Below are positions 11,961-25,103 of a stretch of 64,000 nt of DNA, piece after piece. How positions within the stretch are numbered: the stretch's first letter is position 1; every line of letters starts with the position of its first letter. Origin of the DNA: Octopus bimaculoides (Eukaryota); contig NC_068984.1 in NCBI RefSeq assembly GCF_001194135.2, positions 25,234,142 through 25,298,141 of the forward strand, read 5' to 3'. Position numbers and translations under genes: made by a program. The notes under the pieces were generated by a model, which made no database searches, was not told where the DNA came from, and saw nothing but the letters and a program-made list of their open reading frames with translations.

Positions 11961-12571
11961 TACTGTGGAGATACTGTATTGTAGATCTATTCAACCCCAT
12001 GCCAGAAAGAAAGAGGATTTTAAAATTTAACTGCACACAATTTAAAATCACAATTTGTTGACACATTTCAACAATTTTCTTTATACGGAGGTGAAATAAT
12101 TAAGTTACCTATATATAATTAAATGGTGAATAATTCTTTAAATTTTCAGCTTTTTTTAAAAATATTTTATAAGAAAATAAATTATCTTACTTATTCTCAA
12201 TTATCTCGTAACAATTTCTAATTAAAGTGGTGCAGCCGAGGTATACACTATTCTTTATTAATCGAAACAAGTTTGTAGAGCAGTTTTACCCTGTATATTG
12301 TATATATGTTTTATCCTGTATATATGCTAGACTTCTAATAGAGATGTCCTAAAACTTATTAATATCGCTACACCTGAGGAATTTGGAGCTTAGTTAATTC
12401 CATCTTCTCTGTATACATTTTTTCATCATGTGGTTTGTAGTGAACTGGTTTTTCAGTCACATTTCACCTTTCATACCAAATGATTTTACTTCAAAGACAA
12501 AGATGTGCATACATATAAGATGAGGATTCTTAAAGATAATATTTCTCACAAAGATAAAGTGCTACACAAAC

Positions 12572-12815
12572 CTGTTCAGCTTTGGGATGAAATTCATTTT
12601 CATCAAAGCCTTCCGGATCTTCGGCTTATAAGTCATTGTCATAAAACCTCTTTCTTTCTTGTCATTTTTCTTCTCTTTTACAGAAGAAATGGCTGGAGCC
12701 AAAGATGCTTCTAAATCAGGTGCTGAAAGCCTCTGTTTGTGATCTGTATACAATTTAATTGGTTCATCTTTCATGCCACTGGATCGTTTCTTTTCAGTTA
12801 GAAGTTCTCTAAATT
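12572..12815 (-). CDS. RAPGEF2: PDZ-GEF exon 12: (E)FRELLTEKKR...KIRKALMKMNFIPKLN, PDZ-RA linker
   Basis: Acceptor cgtttcag, donor AG/GTTTGT; 244 nt, phase 1-2. Confidence 0.9.
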
Positions 12816-14225
12816 CTGAAACGTAAACAAACATATATAATTTGGATGAACGGAACAGAACTGCATGTCACATCATCCTCATTCACTCTGACTCTCTCAA
12901 CCTCCACTTGGCCAAAGTATAAGGGATTGCATTGGATTATTCTCATCTCTCTATCAGACTCTCACATCCTTAGGACATGTATAAGAGATTGCATCACACT
13001 TTCTATACCCATTACACTAACTTTGCGCTTTCTGTACTGCCAGTGATAGCTCATTCGCCTCCAGGCCATTTCTTTTGCCATGCATCAGTCATCACCTACC
13101 CTTATCTTCGTCCACCTCTGCTTTTATCAATCACTCTCATCATCCTTCTCAATTCCTTCCTAAATAATCCTGCCTATTCCATTATACTCGTGCTCCTTTC
13201 ACCCACCCATTCGGGTCTATCTGCTGCCATCACTCTCTTTCCTATTCCTCTCCTCAGTCACTGTGCAAATGTATTTGCTTGGGATACAAAGTAATTTCTA
13301 CACCTACACTCTTGCAATTTCTGTCCATTTTACTGTTATTGCTCTCCCTCTGTCCTTTTCTCCTTCCTGGTTTACAGGTCTTAAATATACTTAGTCCCTC
13401 TATATTTTCTGAATAAAAGGGCCCTAACTTCTGTAAAGTGCCATAAAATAAAACGCAACATCCTCTCTAGAGTGATTGGTGAGCTATTCAACTTCTAGTG
13501 CTAGTGTCCCCCAAAATGCACCCAGTACACAGGGTAGAGTGTTTGGCAAATGAGTAGAGATAACTTAGGGTTGTGAGGTCACTTTATGCCTGTTTTGCTG
13601 AGAACTTATCAACCGTTTTAGTGTTGATTCTATGAGAATGGACACAATATATACTGTACAATGGGCTAATACGAAATTATTCAAGCTGTGATGACTCATC
13701 CAACACATGCTAGCATGGAAAGTGGATGTAAAATGATGATCATGTAAAGCATTATACAAATGTTCGTCCATATTTAGTTAACCAAAAATAAAACAACTCC
13801 TCTTCTCATCGTTTCAAATACAAATAAACACAATCATCCAGCAATTAGCCAGGCAGTTCAATTTGTTATTCTTTAGCAGGTTGTAAAGGAACAAAGACAA
13901 GGAGTCCACATCTTACATCAGCCATCACAACAAAACTAAATCTCTCCATTAACATTTTTCTACTTTGCAAAGCAAACATAAAACAACATTTCTCCCATCA
14001 CATTGTTACAGGATATATTGTGATAATAGTCAGGAAAATTAACATTTAAACCAAGATATTTACAATAGTAATGATGATAATATATGTAAACAAATTGTCA
14101 ATTTTTTGCTATTTTCTTCATGATAGAAAACATTTTACGAATTATTGAAGAAAAGAACATACTGTTAGGGAAAATATGATCTTAACACAAGATATACCCT
14201 AAGTAAAATGCAAAATATATTTTAA

Positions 14226-14446
14226 CCCTTTAGCATTCAGATTACTCTGTCACATATAATGCTCATTTAATAAGATTATTTTGAATTAATCATGAATTAT
14301 CTCATAGCTTTGAGATTTTGATGGTGTGATGGTCTATTTTTAGGATGACATTGTAAGGTAGACGTGAAAGGCTTGATCAGGCCAGTTTCAACAATAAAAC
14401 AGGTTGATTATTTTGGCCAGATATGGCTGATTTAAATGCTAAAGGG
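14226..14446. mobile_element. piggyBac-type MITE (TTAA TSD, CCCTTTAGCATT termini)
   Basis: TTAA/CCCTTTAGCATT...AATGCTAAAGGG/TTAA. Confidence 0.85.
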
Positions 14447-14595
14447 TTAAACTACACTAAAAACAAATGGCACATGAATAAAGAGGAGATAGGTTGTTGT
14501 TTAAGATTTAATATAGTAGAAATAATTTTAATATTTAGTGATATTAACTATGCAGCCAAAATAATGATAGAAATGGAAACTAAAACAAGGCTTAC

Positions 14596-14704
14596 CCAAA
14601 AGATTTGACTTTACAGTGATAGATAAATGAGTGGCCCCTTTTAATATTTCAAGTGCTTTACTGTGAGGTACATTAATAAAGTTGACACCATTTACTTCTA
14701 AAAT
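14596..14704 (-). CDS. RAPGEF2: PDZ-GEF exon 11: [39 protein letters not shown] domain C-part
   Basis: Acceptor cgtttcag, donor GTAAGC; 109 nt, phase 0-1. Confidence 0.96.
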
Positions 14705-15119
14705 CTGAAACGAAAAGTAAACAAACAAAACAGTATTACCAAGTTGTAAATCCTCATCATCAGAAATATTTCATTTATAACCAAAATATTTCATTCAGAG
14801 AGAATTTGAAAGATGGAAACTGTGTAGAATCCCAGTGTACGTGTGTGTGTGTAAGCATGTAAATGTCTCTGTGTCTGTTCGTGTCCCCACCACCACCACT
14901 TAACAGCCGGTATTGGTTTAATTATGTCACTGTAACTTAATGCTTTGACAAGAAAGCCCTGCAGAAGAAGCATCAGACTTAAAAAATAATACTGAGATCA
15001 GTTTGGTCAATGAAAAACCTTTCCAGGCAGTGTCCCAACTTGACCACGGTAACAAATAAAAGATAAAGGGCATCAAATTTAAAAAGTAAGGGGTACATAG
15101 ACAAATAATACTATCATAC

Positions 15120-15323
15120 CTGGTCCCCTCTTTTCAGACCAGCATCGTAGGCTTTTGATCCTTTCTCAACCTGTGTTACAAAGATTCCAGCACCTCTTTC
15201 TAGTCCACCAATAATGAGAAAATTTAAAATCTCTTCTCTAGTTGCTCGCGTTAGAGTTACTGTTCTTGGGTGTGCTTTGCTGGAACATGCCAACTCCAAA
15301 AGATGCAGTTGACTATTCATTTT
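15120..15323 (-). CDS. RAPGEF2: PDZ-GEF exon 10: KMNSQLHLLELACSSKAH...GLKRGDQ, PDZ domain N-part
   Basis: Acceptor cctttcag, donor GTATGA; 204 nt, phase 0-0. Confidence 0.96.
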
Positions 15324-15381
15324 CTGAAAGGTATAAAAGTAAAGATATTACACAATCATCAAAAATTATCAAAAGTGCTTA

Positions 15382-15603
15382 ACCCTTTCGTTACTGTATT
15401 TATTTTGAGATGCTCTGTGTTTCTTTCAATTATTTTAAATATAACAAAGAATTTAGTAAAATAATTTGATTATCATTAAGCTAGTGTTAGGAACATAAAT
15501 TGCAACTAAGGCTTAGTGGTATATTTTAATGCAAAACTTATGAAATCAAGACATTTGTACTATGAAGCCAGAGCCAGTTTTGGCCGGGTTGGTAACGAAA
15601 GGG
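15382..15603. mobile_element. piggyBac-type MITE, second subfamily
   Basis: TTAA/CCCTTTCGTTAC...GTAACGAAAGGG/TTAA, perfect 12-bp TIR. Confidence 0.85.
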
Positions 15604-16380
15604 TTAAGGCAAATTTAATTTCAATTAAGGTAATCCTTTTGGCTTATATTTTTATAATCCTTCTAGGTACTGAATAGATACCTATTCAAAGTTACCAATC
15701 AATTATCTTCAATCATAGCTCTATTGCACCAGCAAAGATCTGGATCAAACACAGAACAATATCAGGTTATATTGTGAAAAACCAGACCTGAATGAGCAAG
15801 TATATCTATAATCAAAAGCGTTCCTCTTATGACCATTCTGTCTTATTTATCCTTCAAACATCGTAACTATGCTATTTTGTGTGTTCTTTCTTTCTGAAGA
15901 CCAAGTTGAGGGAGATTTGATTGCTATTTTTAGAAAATGCATAATGGCTTGCTTGTTGGCCTGAGCTACAGCTGTGTGGTCAAAACATTTGTTTCTAGTA
16001 GATGTACAAGGCTGGAAATTTGGAAGAGAGAGTTGGATTCATGCACTTGGATGGATGCAAGGCAAAACTGATCTTGGTGAGATTTGAACTCAAAATATAA
16101 AGAATCAGAAAATTGTTGCAAGGCATTTTATCCAATGTTCTAACAATTCTGCCAATCTTCTCCAGTACATGACAGTAATATTCATAATGATTACTCTGTA
16201 TAGATTTTCTAAACTCTCTTAAAAATAAATTGACGTAAAGAGGATATCAATCAAGATATGTAAGTGAATTGAATTTTACCATTTTTGAAGGATGTTTAAA
16301 TATCGATAAAACTTTTAGTGCTATTGAGATTAATTGAAGAAATACACTTTCTTTTGTTTATGAAAGTGAATGAAATTTAC

Positions 16381-16488
16381 CTCTTGGACCAATAAATTTT
16401 CAAATTGCTCCAAAAATTCACACATAACTGCATCCATTTCAAAATCATTGAAATGATTGTTCACCCACAATAACACCACTCTGGCAAC
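16381..16488 (-). CDS. RAPGEF2: PDZ-GEF exon 9: [39 protein letters not shown] domain
   Basis: Acceptor ttttccag, donor GTAAAT; 108 nt, phase 0-0. Confidence 0.96.
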
Positions 16489-16659
16489 CTGGAAAAGTGA
16501 AGAGACAAGATGGGTTATTAATGAAATACAATGAGTAATGTTTCTTAAATATATTTTTAACAAAATCATAATTTATTTAGTAAAATTCAGAACAATCTTT
16601 GAAGTATGTTTTAGTAACAAGCATTATACATTATTATGGTTAATGTTGTAAAAGTATGA

Positions 16660-16920
16660 GATCACGTGATCACATCATGTGACCAACCAGGCTATCAGAT
16701 GTTGCTACACATCGCTAAACAATGCACTTTTGCATTGTTTCAGCCTGCAAATGATGCCACCCCACTGGCTAAGTGAGTGGGCCCACCTTTCCTCCTGATC
16801 GAAAGACGGATTGGAGCAATGTGAAATGAAGTATTTTGCTCAAGAACACAACGTGCCACCCAGTCAGGGAATCGAACCCACGATCTAGTGAATGTGAGTG
16901 CAACAGCCTAACCACTATGT
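16660..16920 (-). mobile_element. Decayed tRNA-head SINE
   Basis: Plus strand GGGAATCGAACCC (B box complement) and TTGCTCAAGAACACAAC. Confidence 0.5.
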
Positions 16921-17168
16921 ATATGTTAAAAAGACTGAATAAAAACAAGTATTAATATTAGCTAACTCTGAAGGCAGTGAGCTGGCAGAATTGTTACTGT
17001 GCCAGGAAATTTTCGATTTGACCTGACAATATTTTGTAGAAAACTCAAACAAACCGTTTTAAAAACACTAGTATACAGTATTTGGTTATTGTTCATTTGA
17101 GTGTTTTAACTTATAAGGATTAAAACATAGAGACACAGTAGATTTAAAATATATAAACAAGAAATAAC

Positions 17169-17351
17169 CTTCATCTTGAGATTGGATTTTCCAAGTTCAT
17201 TATTGTTGAACCAAGACAATAACTTATTGGCCAGAAATGTTGGACTACTGAGGAATGTACGATATGTTAAAAGGAAGTCTTCAACGTAGGTAGGGTCGAC
17301 TGAAGAATTTTCCTCCTCGATTAAATGTTGCATCAGACGTTCAGAAGTCCC
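17169..17351 (-). CDS. RAPGEF2: PDZ-GEF exon 8: [13 protein letters not shown]...[16 protein letters not shown]...NLKMK, REM domain
   Basis: Acceptor tacttcag; weak donor AAG/GTTATT placed by phase and homology; 183 nt. Confidence 0.92.
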
Positions 17352-19959
17352 CTGAAGTAGAAAATAAAACAACAAGATTAGAGTTTAAACAGGTTACTTT
17401 TTTAAAATTGAATACAAAGAATAAAGGAAGCTAGTTACAGATGTTAAAACAAAAAAAGTGTTTTATTTTTTTTTAACATTTGTATATGTAATGCAATGGC
17501 CAATTGAATGGCACTGAACTATTGGCCCATGTTGGTCAGAGCTGTTGATCAGAACTCCAGATTCTAAGTACTTGATAGCAGTGTGACCCCTATTCTTCCT
17601 ACTTGAGGCTACCAAGCTAAAAATTTACAGCAGTCTGCTAAAAGAGTTAATTTGTGACAAGCAATCAGGAAAACTGAGTGCATAATTAATCCTTATCTGA
17701 ATATCTTTCGTATCTTTAATCTTTGAACAATCATAATCATCGGGAAGAGGAGAGAAATTTAAGCCAGCAGTACGTGACTGATTAAAATGAAATGATAATA
17801 AAGAGATAGGCTTCAGTTATTGATATCATCATCATCCTTAATGTCATTAAATTCTGAATGGAGATAAACTAAAACTATTATTTCAATGTAGATTTTTTTG
17901 AGCACAAACAAACAGTCATTAGTTTATTTCATTTAACATCTCTTTTCCCATGCTAGCAAGCTTAAAGAGACGTGAAGATGGGGGAGGGGGCTTAGGCAGG
18001 ATTTTTATAGACATATGTTCTTGTCACCAACCCTTACCTGTTTTTTTCAAGTAAAGCTCCTTTTTTTTCTTTTTTATTCTAGAGGAATTCTAAAGTACAG
18101 AGACAGCAGACAATGTGTTGGCAAGAAATATCAACAAATGTCACAGGTTGAAACTCAGCCACTAACCAGGATTCCACCATTTGTAACTGTAGCTCAATGT
18201 AGTTTATAAATGTCCACACAAACATATGCATGCATGCACATTCCTATCATATTGCAACTTCTCACACAACCACCCTTTCATAACAATAAATCTGTTCTGC
18301 CCTGCATACTTTAACATCTCACCACACCTCGAACATTCTTTTGCTCTGTGAATTACGAAGCAACCTCACTAGTGCTGGTGGTACCTAACACACCCAGTAA
18401 AATAGTTGGCGAATCAAGCAGATACAATGCAGGGCTTGAGAGGACTCTTTAAAATTGCTGAGGACATGACAACCTCTCTAGTGCTAGTGCTACAAAAAAT
18501 TGCACCCCAAATGCTTTATAAGGTGGCTGGTGACAGGAAGGGCATCCAGCCATAGAAACTAAGCCACAACTGAGATACTGGAGGAAGATATGGTTCTCTG
18601 ATCTGTGAGAGCCTGTTGAACTGCACAATCCATGCCGGCATGGGAAATGAATGTAAGATGATGATGATGATATGGAGTGTTTCTTTGAAACAAATGAAAC
18701 AAATACCCCCAAGGAAAAATTTCAAGGTACACAAGTAGAGAATAAAGCACCAGCAGTTGAACAACTACTATAACTAAAAAGATGGGTTAAGTTTAACACC
18801 TAGTACAGTCAAATAATCGTTAGAGAACTCTTTCTTTAACACTTTTATGCTAGATTATAGGCTAAAATAGATTATTATTCAATTATTAAATATTACACAC
18901 ACACAACCAATTCTATGTTCTAAAATTATATCAGAACAGTCAGCAAAGCTAAATCTTTACCAACAAGCTATAATTATCACTAAATCAATTCTCTATTCGC
19001 CCTTTTATTTTTTGCTTGGATTCAACTGATTGGAGGTCATGATGACCTCTCTTATATTCATTATTTTGTCTTGATTTTAGTAGGGGTTTTTTTTTCTTCT
19101 TTTTATATTTGTATTTATAAATCTTAACTTTTTAGATCTGTACTTCTAATATTGCAAGATTAGAAAACATAGTGAAAAAAAAAAAAAAGTTAAAATAAAA
19201 ATATTTATAGATCGATAATAAAAATACAATACTTAAAATTTAGTTTCTGAATTTTTGGAACTTACAAAAGATGGTGGAGGTTAAACAAGAAACTAAATTC
19301 ACATTTCTAATTCAATGAATCCTTATCGTTTTTTCTTTAAAGTAGTTTGAAGAAGATTAAGAGATTAACATTAGGAACATGCTTTTTATCTTAAAATTTA
19401 TTTCAATTTTATGGCATTTCCAAATAATATTCTTCTATCCCAGATATCTTTTTCCAACACAAATACAGTTCTTGTTATGTAACAGTAATCCATGTTCAGA
19501 AGCCAGTAATAAAAACAAAAAGCTAAAGTAGTATGCCCTTACATAATAATATAACAGTCAAACATACCCAACATAAGGAATAATATGAGCAGGATGAGGA
19601 AATTAGATCCAACAACCTCATATACAAATTTATCTGACAAGCCTATATATACACATAGACTTGTCAGATAAATTAGTGTGTCTGTTTATATAAATGTGTG
19701 TGTGAGTGCATGCACGCACAAACAAACAACACCAGATTGACTCAGTAAATGCAATTAGCTTTAAAATTGCACTTATCAAAACATTGTATTTAACTTTCTC
19801 GTGTGGAAAATGATAGATGGCAGCTATCACTGAATTCCTTATCACAGAAGCAGCACAAAATTACAGTAACTACAAAGTTTGTTTTATCATTTAACATGCA
19901 CTACTAATAGAACAATATAAACCATCCATTGTCCATAACAGACAGAAAGACGGGGGGGG

Positions 19960-20227
19960 NNNNNNNNNNNNNNNNNNNNNNNNNNNNNNNNNNNNNNNNN
20001 NNNNNNNNNNNNNNNNNNNNNNNNNNNNNNNNNNNNNNNNNNNNNNNNNNNNNNNNNNNNNNNNNNNNNNNNNNNNNNNNNNNNNNNNNNNNNNNNNNNN
20101 NNNNNNNNNNNNNNNNNNNNNNNNNNNNNNNNNNNNNNNNNNNNNNNNNNNNNNNNNNNNNNNNNNNNNNNNNNNNNNNNNNNNNNNNNNNNNNNNNNNN
20201 NNNNNNNNNNNNNNNNNNNNNNNNNNN
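19960..20227. other. Assembly gap (268 N) flanked by a G run and (TA)n
   Basis: Run of N in the sequence. Confidence 1.
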
Positions 20228-20268
<41 letters not shown>

Positions 20269-20545
20269 CACACACACACACACCAGATATTCATTAAGAA
20301 GATTTTTCTCTATGCAAATCTGCTAATGCCACATCTCATAGTGACAACTATGTTGTAAAATAAGTTAATGGAAATGCAAAGGTAGTTGTACAATTTTGAA
20401 TTCACACAGATATATCCTCAAAGCAATAACTCGAGTTGGAAATCACAGTTAATTCAGGTGACAACAATAAGATGAAGTATTAATGAAGTATTAATGGAAG
20501 ATTAACTGATTACAGAAATAACTGAATGAAATAAGTTATTCTTAC

Positions 20546-20650
20546 GCGGATAACAATATGTCCCTTTCTGTTTAAACCATCTAATACACGGTGTTCAGTA
20601 ACCATGACAACCTGGCCTTGTTCCTCATGCTTTCTTGTGTTTTCTTCACC
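20546..20650 (-). CDS. RAPGEF2: PDZ-GEF exon 7: GEENTRKHEEQGQVVMVTEHRVLDGLNRKGHIVIR (not in ORF track)
   Basis: Translated by hand; acceptor ttataccag, donor GTAAGA; 105 nt, phase 0-0; resembles [36 protein letters not shown]. Confidence 0.95.
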
Positions 20651-20805
20651 CTGGTATAAAAATGAAAGTCTACCTTAGTGATGATGATGATGATGATGAT
20701 ACAGTGAAAAGAACTTTTTTTTTAATGTAATAAATCAGAGACAAATGTTGTTGATATATAAGCAACAAAAGAAAGAAAAGATTTTGTCAACTTGATAGAA
20801 CATAC

Positions 20806-20923
20806 CTCATGTAAGATATTATAATATTTATCTTGTGCAATGCAGACAAATTGGCAGTCATCAACTTTGGTTACCATGACACCATTATTCAATTGTACAT
20901 CCAGAGAAGGAGAAACACCAAAA
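20806..20923 (-). CDS. RAPGEF2: PDZ-GEF exon 6: (S)[39 protein letters not shown]
   Basis: Acceptor ttttctag, donor GTATGT; 118 nt, phase 2-0. Lacks the phosphate-binding Arg of true cAMP sensors, as is established for PDZ-GEFs. Confidence 0.96.
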
Positions 20924-21271
20924 CTAGAAAAAGAGAGAGAGAGAGAAAATTGATTTATATAAATAAAACAAAATTCTGACAATAAGTGAAACTTAAACAG
21001 AAATCGATTTTTTTTTTCTCCTATCCATTTACCATAACTAGCATGAGTGGAATAATAGTTGGAACAACTGTTTTACACAGTTGGATGCAATTCCTGTTAT
21101 ACCAATTCAACCATGAAATAGGTGTGAAACTCGTTTTGTCATTCAAACACACAGAAGCAAACAGAGTTGCGTTCCTTGGCTAGATTAAGGTTTAGGTAAA
21201 AACAGGTAAAAACGTAACATAGGTACAAGGCCTTATGTACATAGGTAAGGCAAATGTAAGTAAAAACGTTA

Positions 21272-21540
21272 AGGCACATGGCCTTATGGTTATAGTATTA
21301 AATTCGCAATTATAAGGCCGTAGGTTCAATTCTCAGACCAAGCAGCATATGGTACCCTCAAACAAGGCACTTTATTTCATGTTACATCCGATCTACTCTC
21401 AGGTAAAAATATAAAGGCACATGAACTTACAGTCAGGTTAGTGTCAAACTCACAAACATAAGGTTGTAGGTTCAATTCCCTGACCAAAAATCACATTGTA
21501 CCCTTAAACAAGGTATTTTATTTCAATATGCAACAATATA
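21272..21540 (+). mobile_element. Two tandem decayed tRNA-head SINE fragments
   Basis: Each starts GGCACATG and contains GTAGGTTCAATTC followed by GTACCCT...AACAAGG. Confidence 0.55.
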
Positions 21541-22525
21541 CTCAATTGAAAATAAGAAGCAATAGCAGCTGCAAGTTCAACTTGTAGCAGAGTGGCACAT
21601 CATCCAAGTGAGTTCTGTATTCTCAGTCGCTTATAAGCTTCTAACACTGGGAGAAGTTAAATGTTGATGATGAAGATGATGCTCATTTGTCCTAACATTT
21701 ATTTTTCCATACTAGCGTAGGCTGGACACAGACTTAGTTGAAGCAAGATTTTACAGCCAGTTCTTGTCACCAGCCCCTACTGAAAGTGCAGAGTAATCGG
21801 TCAAAATGTCAACAAGAAATGTCAATACTATCACTGTTTTGTTCAACAGGATATGGAATATCTAAGCATACACTTACATTTGAATACATATTATCAATGC
21901 CTCCTTTTTATGCCCATTTTTCCATACTAGCGTGGATTAGACAAATATATCCTCAAAGCAATTTTTTATAGCTTGATGCTCTTTTCATTAATCCTTACTG
22001 GTTTTTCAAGTGAGGTAACTTTTATTTCACAGGTTTCCAAAGGCACTAAACGAGCAGACAATTTGTTGATATGATATGCAACAACACTACCCCTTGAGCT
22101 GAACAATTTGCAGAGAAGTATGAAAGTAAACATGTGCACGTGAAATAAGCTTCTTTCAGACTGTCTATGAAATATGTGCATTTCATAGATTTGAACCTAA
22201 CATTATAGCCAAGCATACTAACTTCAATGAACATAACGATTGAATATATAAAATTTTTTTAAATTTGGATTCTGTACTACATTTTTATACATTGAATTTG
22301 TTTTAAAGGCAAGACAAGACAGTAATCTTAGCAATATTATGATTGTTAGTCTGTTTTTGTTTAAAGACATGTCAGATGTCAACAATTTGTTATGGAGCTA
22401 AAAGGGATGTCTGATTAAATAGAATGAAAAATGCCAAGAAAAGGTTTAGAAAAAGAGAGGTAAGTTTTAGGTAAAAAAAAAAAAAAAAAAAAAGACTACT
22501 TATTTAAATATGATTTTTCACATAC

Positions 22526-22716
22526 CTGTTTCCCATTGTTAAAATCTTTTTGTTCCCATCTAAGTATGTAATTTCTACTTCTCCATTGAGAATCACAGAC
22601 CAAGAGTCGAGCATTTCTCCATCTTTCATTACTTGAGTGCCAGCCTCCTTTACTTGTGCATAAACCATGACTGCACACAGAGCCCGCCGTGTGGCCAGTG
22701 TCATGTTTGCAAAAGC
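22526..22716 (-). CDS. RAPGEF2: PDZ-GEF exon 5: [18 protein letters not shown]...LTMGN, cNMP-binding-like domain
   Basis: Acceptor tttacag, donor GTATGT; 191 nt, phase 0-2; [14 protein letters not shown] motif. Confidence 0.96.
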
Positions 22717-24628
22717 CTGTAAAACAAAAAGGAATGGTAATATAGATATATGTAGCTACAACAATAGCCAAATATATACGATAACATCAAGAAAAACAAT
22801 GAGCAATTAATTAAAATTCAACCTCCTGAAGTTTTAACTCTTATAACATGGCTACATCATTATTGCTAGTAGAATAGAAAAACATTAGTTTACATAACGA
22901 TGGGTGTATGTAATTTCCTTTGGTTTGACACTAGACATTTCAATCAGAGCAAAATAAACAACCGACTGTAGATGGGGTATGTTTCTGAAGTGGTTGAAGG
23001 TGGAGAAGTTGATTACATTGACCTTATTGCCCAACTAATACTTATTTTATTAACCCCAAGAGGATGAAAGCCAAAGTCAATCTCAGCGAAATTTGAACTC
23101 AGAACATAAAGGTAGACAAAATATCACTTATCATTTTGTCCAGTGTGCTAATGATCCTACCAGCTCAGCACCTTATTATAGAGTAATATTAGTAACACTG
23201 ATGTAATTCTTAAGTGTTAGATGCTTTCCTTGGCTTTTAATATTCGTTAAATAATGTGGTTAGTATCAACAAAAACTACAAAAATTGAACAGACAGTGTA
23301 GAAAAAAGAAAAAAAAAGATTAAAATTTCCATCTCTAATTTCTATTTTAGTAACAATGGAAACAGAATTTTAAATGCCAGAATCTCCAGTGCCAAAATGT
23401 AAGTTAAATACCAGTTAACTCTCTTTCAACTTTTCATAGTGCATCTCACTTAAAGATTATTATTCATGGTATGAGACAAAATTAATAAATAACAAAGGTA
23501 AAATTAAACATCCTTATTAAATATGCACAGAAATGAAACATCAACAAGTGGTAGCACATTTTAATGACCACAGGAGATAATAAATTTGACAGAACAAAGA
23601 GATAATTTGCCATTATCGTTAAACACCCACAAAACCAATAATTTAGCATCACTTTTCCATGCTAGCATGGGTCAGAGTGTATGGAGGCAGATTTTTTACA
23701 TCCAATGGTCATTCCTGTTGCCAACACTCACTTGTTTCAAAGCAAGGTAATATTTCACCATGCCCAAACATGGTCTCACAGAATATTGGTTTCAAATTTT
23801 GGCACAAAGCCAGCAATTTCAGAGGAGGAGTAAATCAGCTGCATTGGCCCCAATGCTCAATTGGTACTTATTTTATTGATCCCAAAAGGATGAAAAGTGA
23901 AGTCAACCTTGGTAGAATTTGAGCTCAGAACGTATAGATGGAAAAAAAAAAAAAAGGCACTAAGCATTTTGCCTGGCCAGCTAACAATTCTGCCACCTCA
24001 AAGAATATTGGAAATGAATGACACTACTTCACAATCATTTATTTACAACTGTCACATGATGTCATGAAAAGGAGAGTCAAACACAGAGTTTACATCTACC
24101 GAATCCATTCACAAGACTTTGGTCAGCCTTAGGCCATTATAAAAGACACTTGCCCAAGGTGACATGCAGTGGGACTGAACCCAGGACCATGTGGTAGGCA
24201 AGCAAACTTCTTACCACACAGCCATGCTTTACAAAATCTTAACTCAAAAATATAAATTTTCAAAACTACCAAATTAAATACTCTCCTACTCTACTAAACA
24301 TAATTTCCACCTCTTTTACTCGATTTGGCCATTGGACTGTGGCCATGCTGGAGCACCACCTTATAGGGGTTAATTGATCAAATTGCACTCAGTACTTATT
24401 TTGAGCCTGCTACTATTTTTACTGCTCTCTTTTACGAAACTGCCCAGTTAAGGATCATAGATAAATTGACTCTAGTTGTCAAATGGTGAGGGGGCAAAAA
24501 TATACACACATATACCCACATGTAAATACACACAGACATATATATAGACACACACAAGCTTCTATACAGTTTCCATTTACCGAATTCCCTCAATACATTG
24601 ATAAACTTGGAGATATATTATAAGATAA

Positions 24629-24907
24629 TACAGTTCTATATTTAAGAGATGAGGAATTATTTACATTATTTACATTTGTCGGATATTTGTCCTCATCTTG
24701 TTTGTTGTTAACACAACGTTTCGGCTGATATGCCCTCCAGCCTTCGTCAGGTGTCTTGGGGAAATTTCGAACCTAGGTTCTCATTCCTAACGATGTTACT
24801 ATTATTATATTATTATTATTACTATTATTAATCAGGTCGCTGCCGTGAATCAAACTCAGAACCTTGGGGTTAGTAGCCCGCGCTCTTAACCACTACGCCA
24901 TATGCCC
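24629..24907 (-). mobile_element. tRNA-headed short retroelement with (AAT)n linker and Penelope-like 3' part carrying a hammerhead motif
   Basis: Minus strand: GGGCATATGGCGTAGTGGTTAAGAGCGCGGGCTACTAACCCC...GAGTTTGATTC (A/B boxes, 24833-24907), AAT repeats, then CTGACGA-stem-GAAAC. Confidence 0.7.
24710..24755 (-). ncRNA. Minimal type I hammerhead ribozyme motif (minus-strand copy, same strand as host pre-mRNA)
   Basis: Mirror of 25058-25103 with one stem II loop change. Confidence 0.55.
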
Positions 24908-25057
24908 GTGGTTAATAGCGCGGGCTACTAACCCCAAGGTTCTGAGTTTGATTCACGGCAGCGACCTGATTAATAATAGTAATAATAATAATAATAATAA
25001 TATAATAATAATAGTAACATCGTTAGGAATGAGAACCCAGGTTCGAAATTTCCCCAA

Positions 25058-25103
25058 GACACCTGACGAAGGCTGGAGGGTATATCAGCCGAAACGTTGT
25101 GTT
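25058..25103 (+). ncRNA. Minimal type I hammerhead ribozyme motif (plus-strand copy)
   Basis: Stem I GACAC/GTGTT, core CTGACGA+A, stem II GGCTG/CAGCC with 10-nt loop, GAAA-CG-TT; AACGTT is self-complementary. Confidence 0.55.

Noticed and set aside
12850-13300. Purine-rich minus-strand tract as a further RTE remnant
   Set aside because: Only a faint GLEANEL similarity to GLESKGL; too decayed to support by eye.
17780-17860. C/D snoRNA from TGAT(A/G)A and CTGA motifs
   Set aside because: Motifs are on the non-host strand or too close together, there is no terminal stem, and they overlap CAT/ATG microsatellites.
19266-19292. 27-nt segment between tttag and GTAAGT
   Set aside because: In-frame TAA at codon 4 and weak acceptor.
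19887-20297. ORFs spanning the N run
   Set aside because: Artefacts of the assembly gap and (TA)n.
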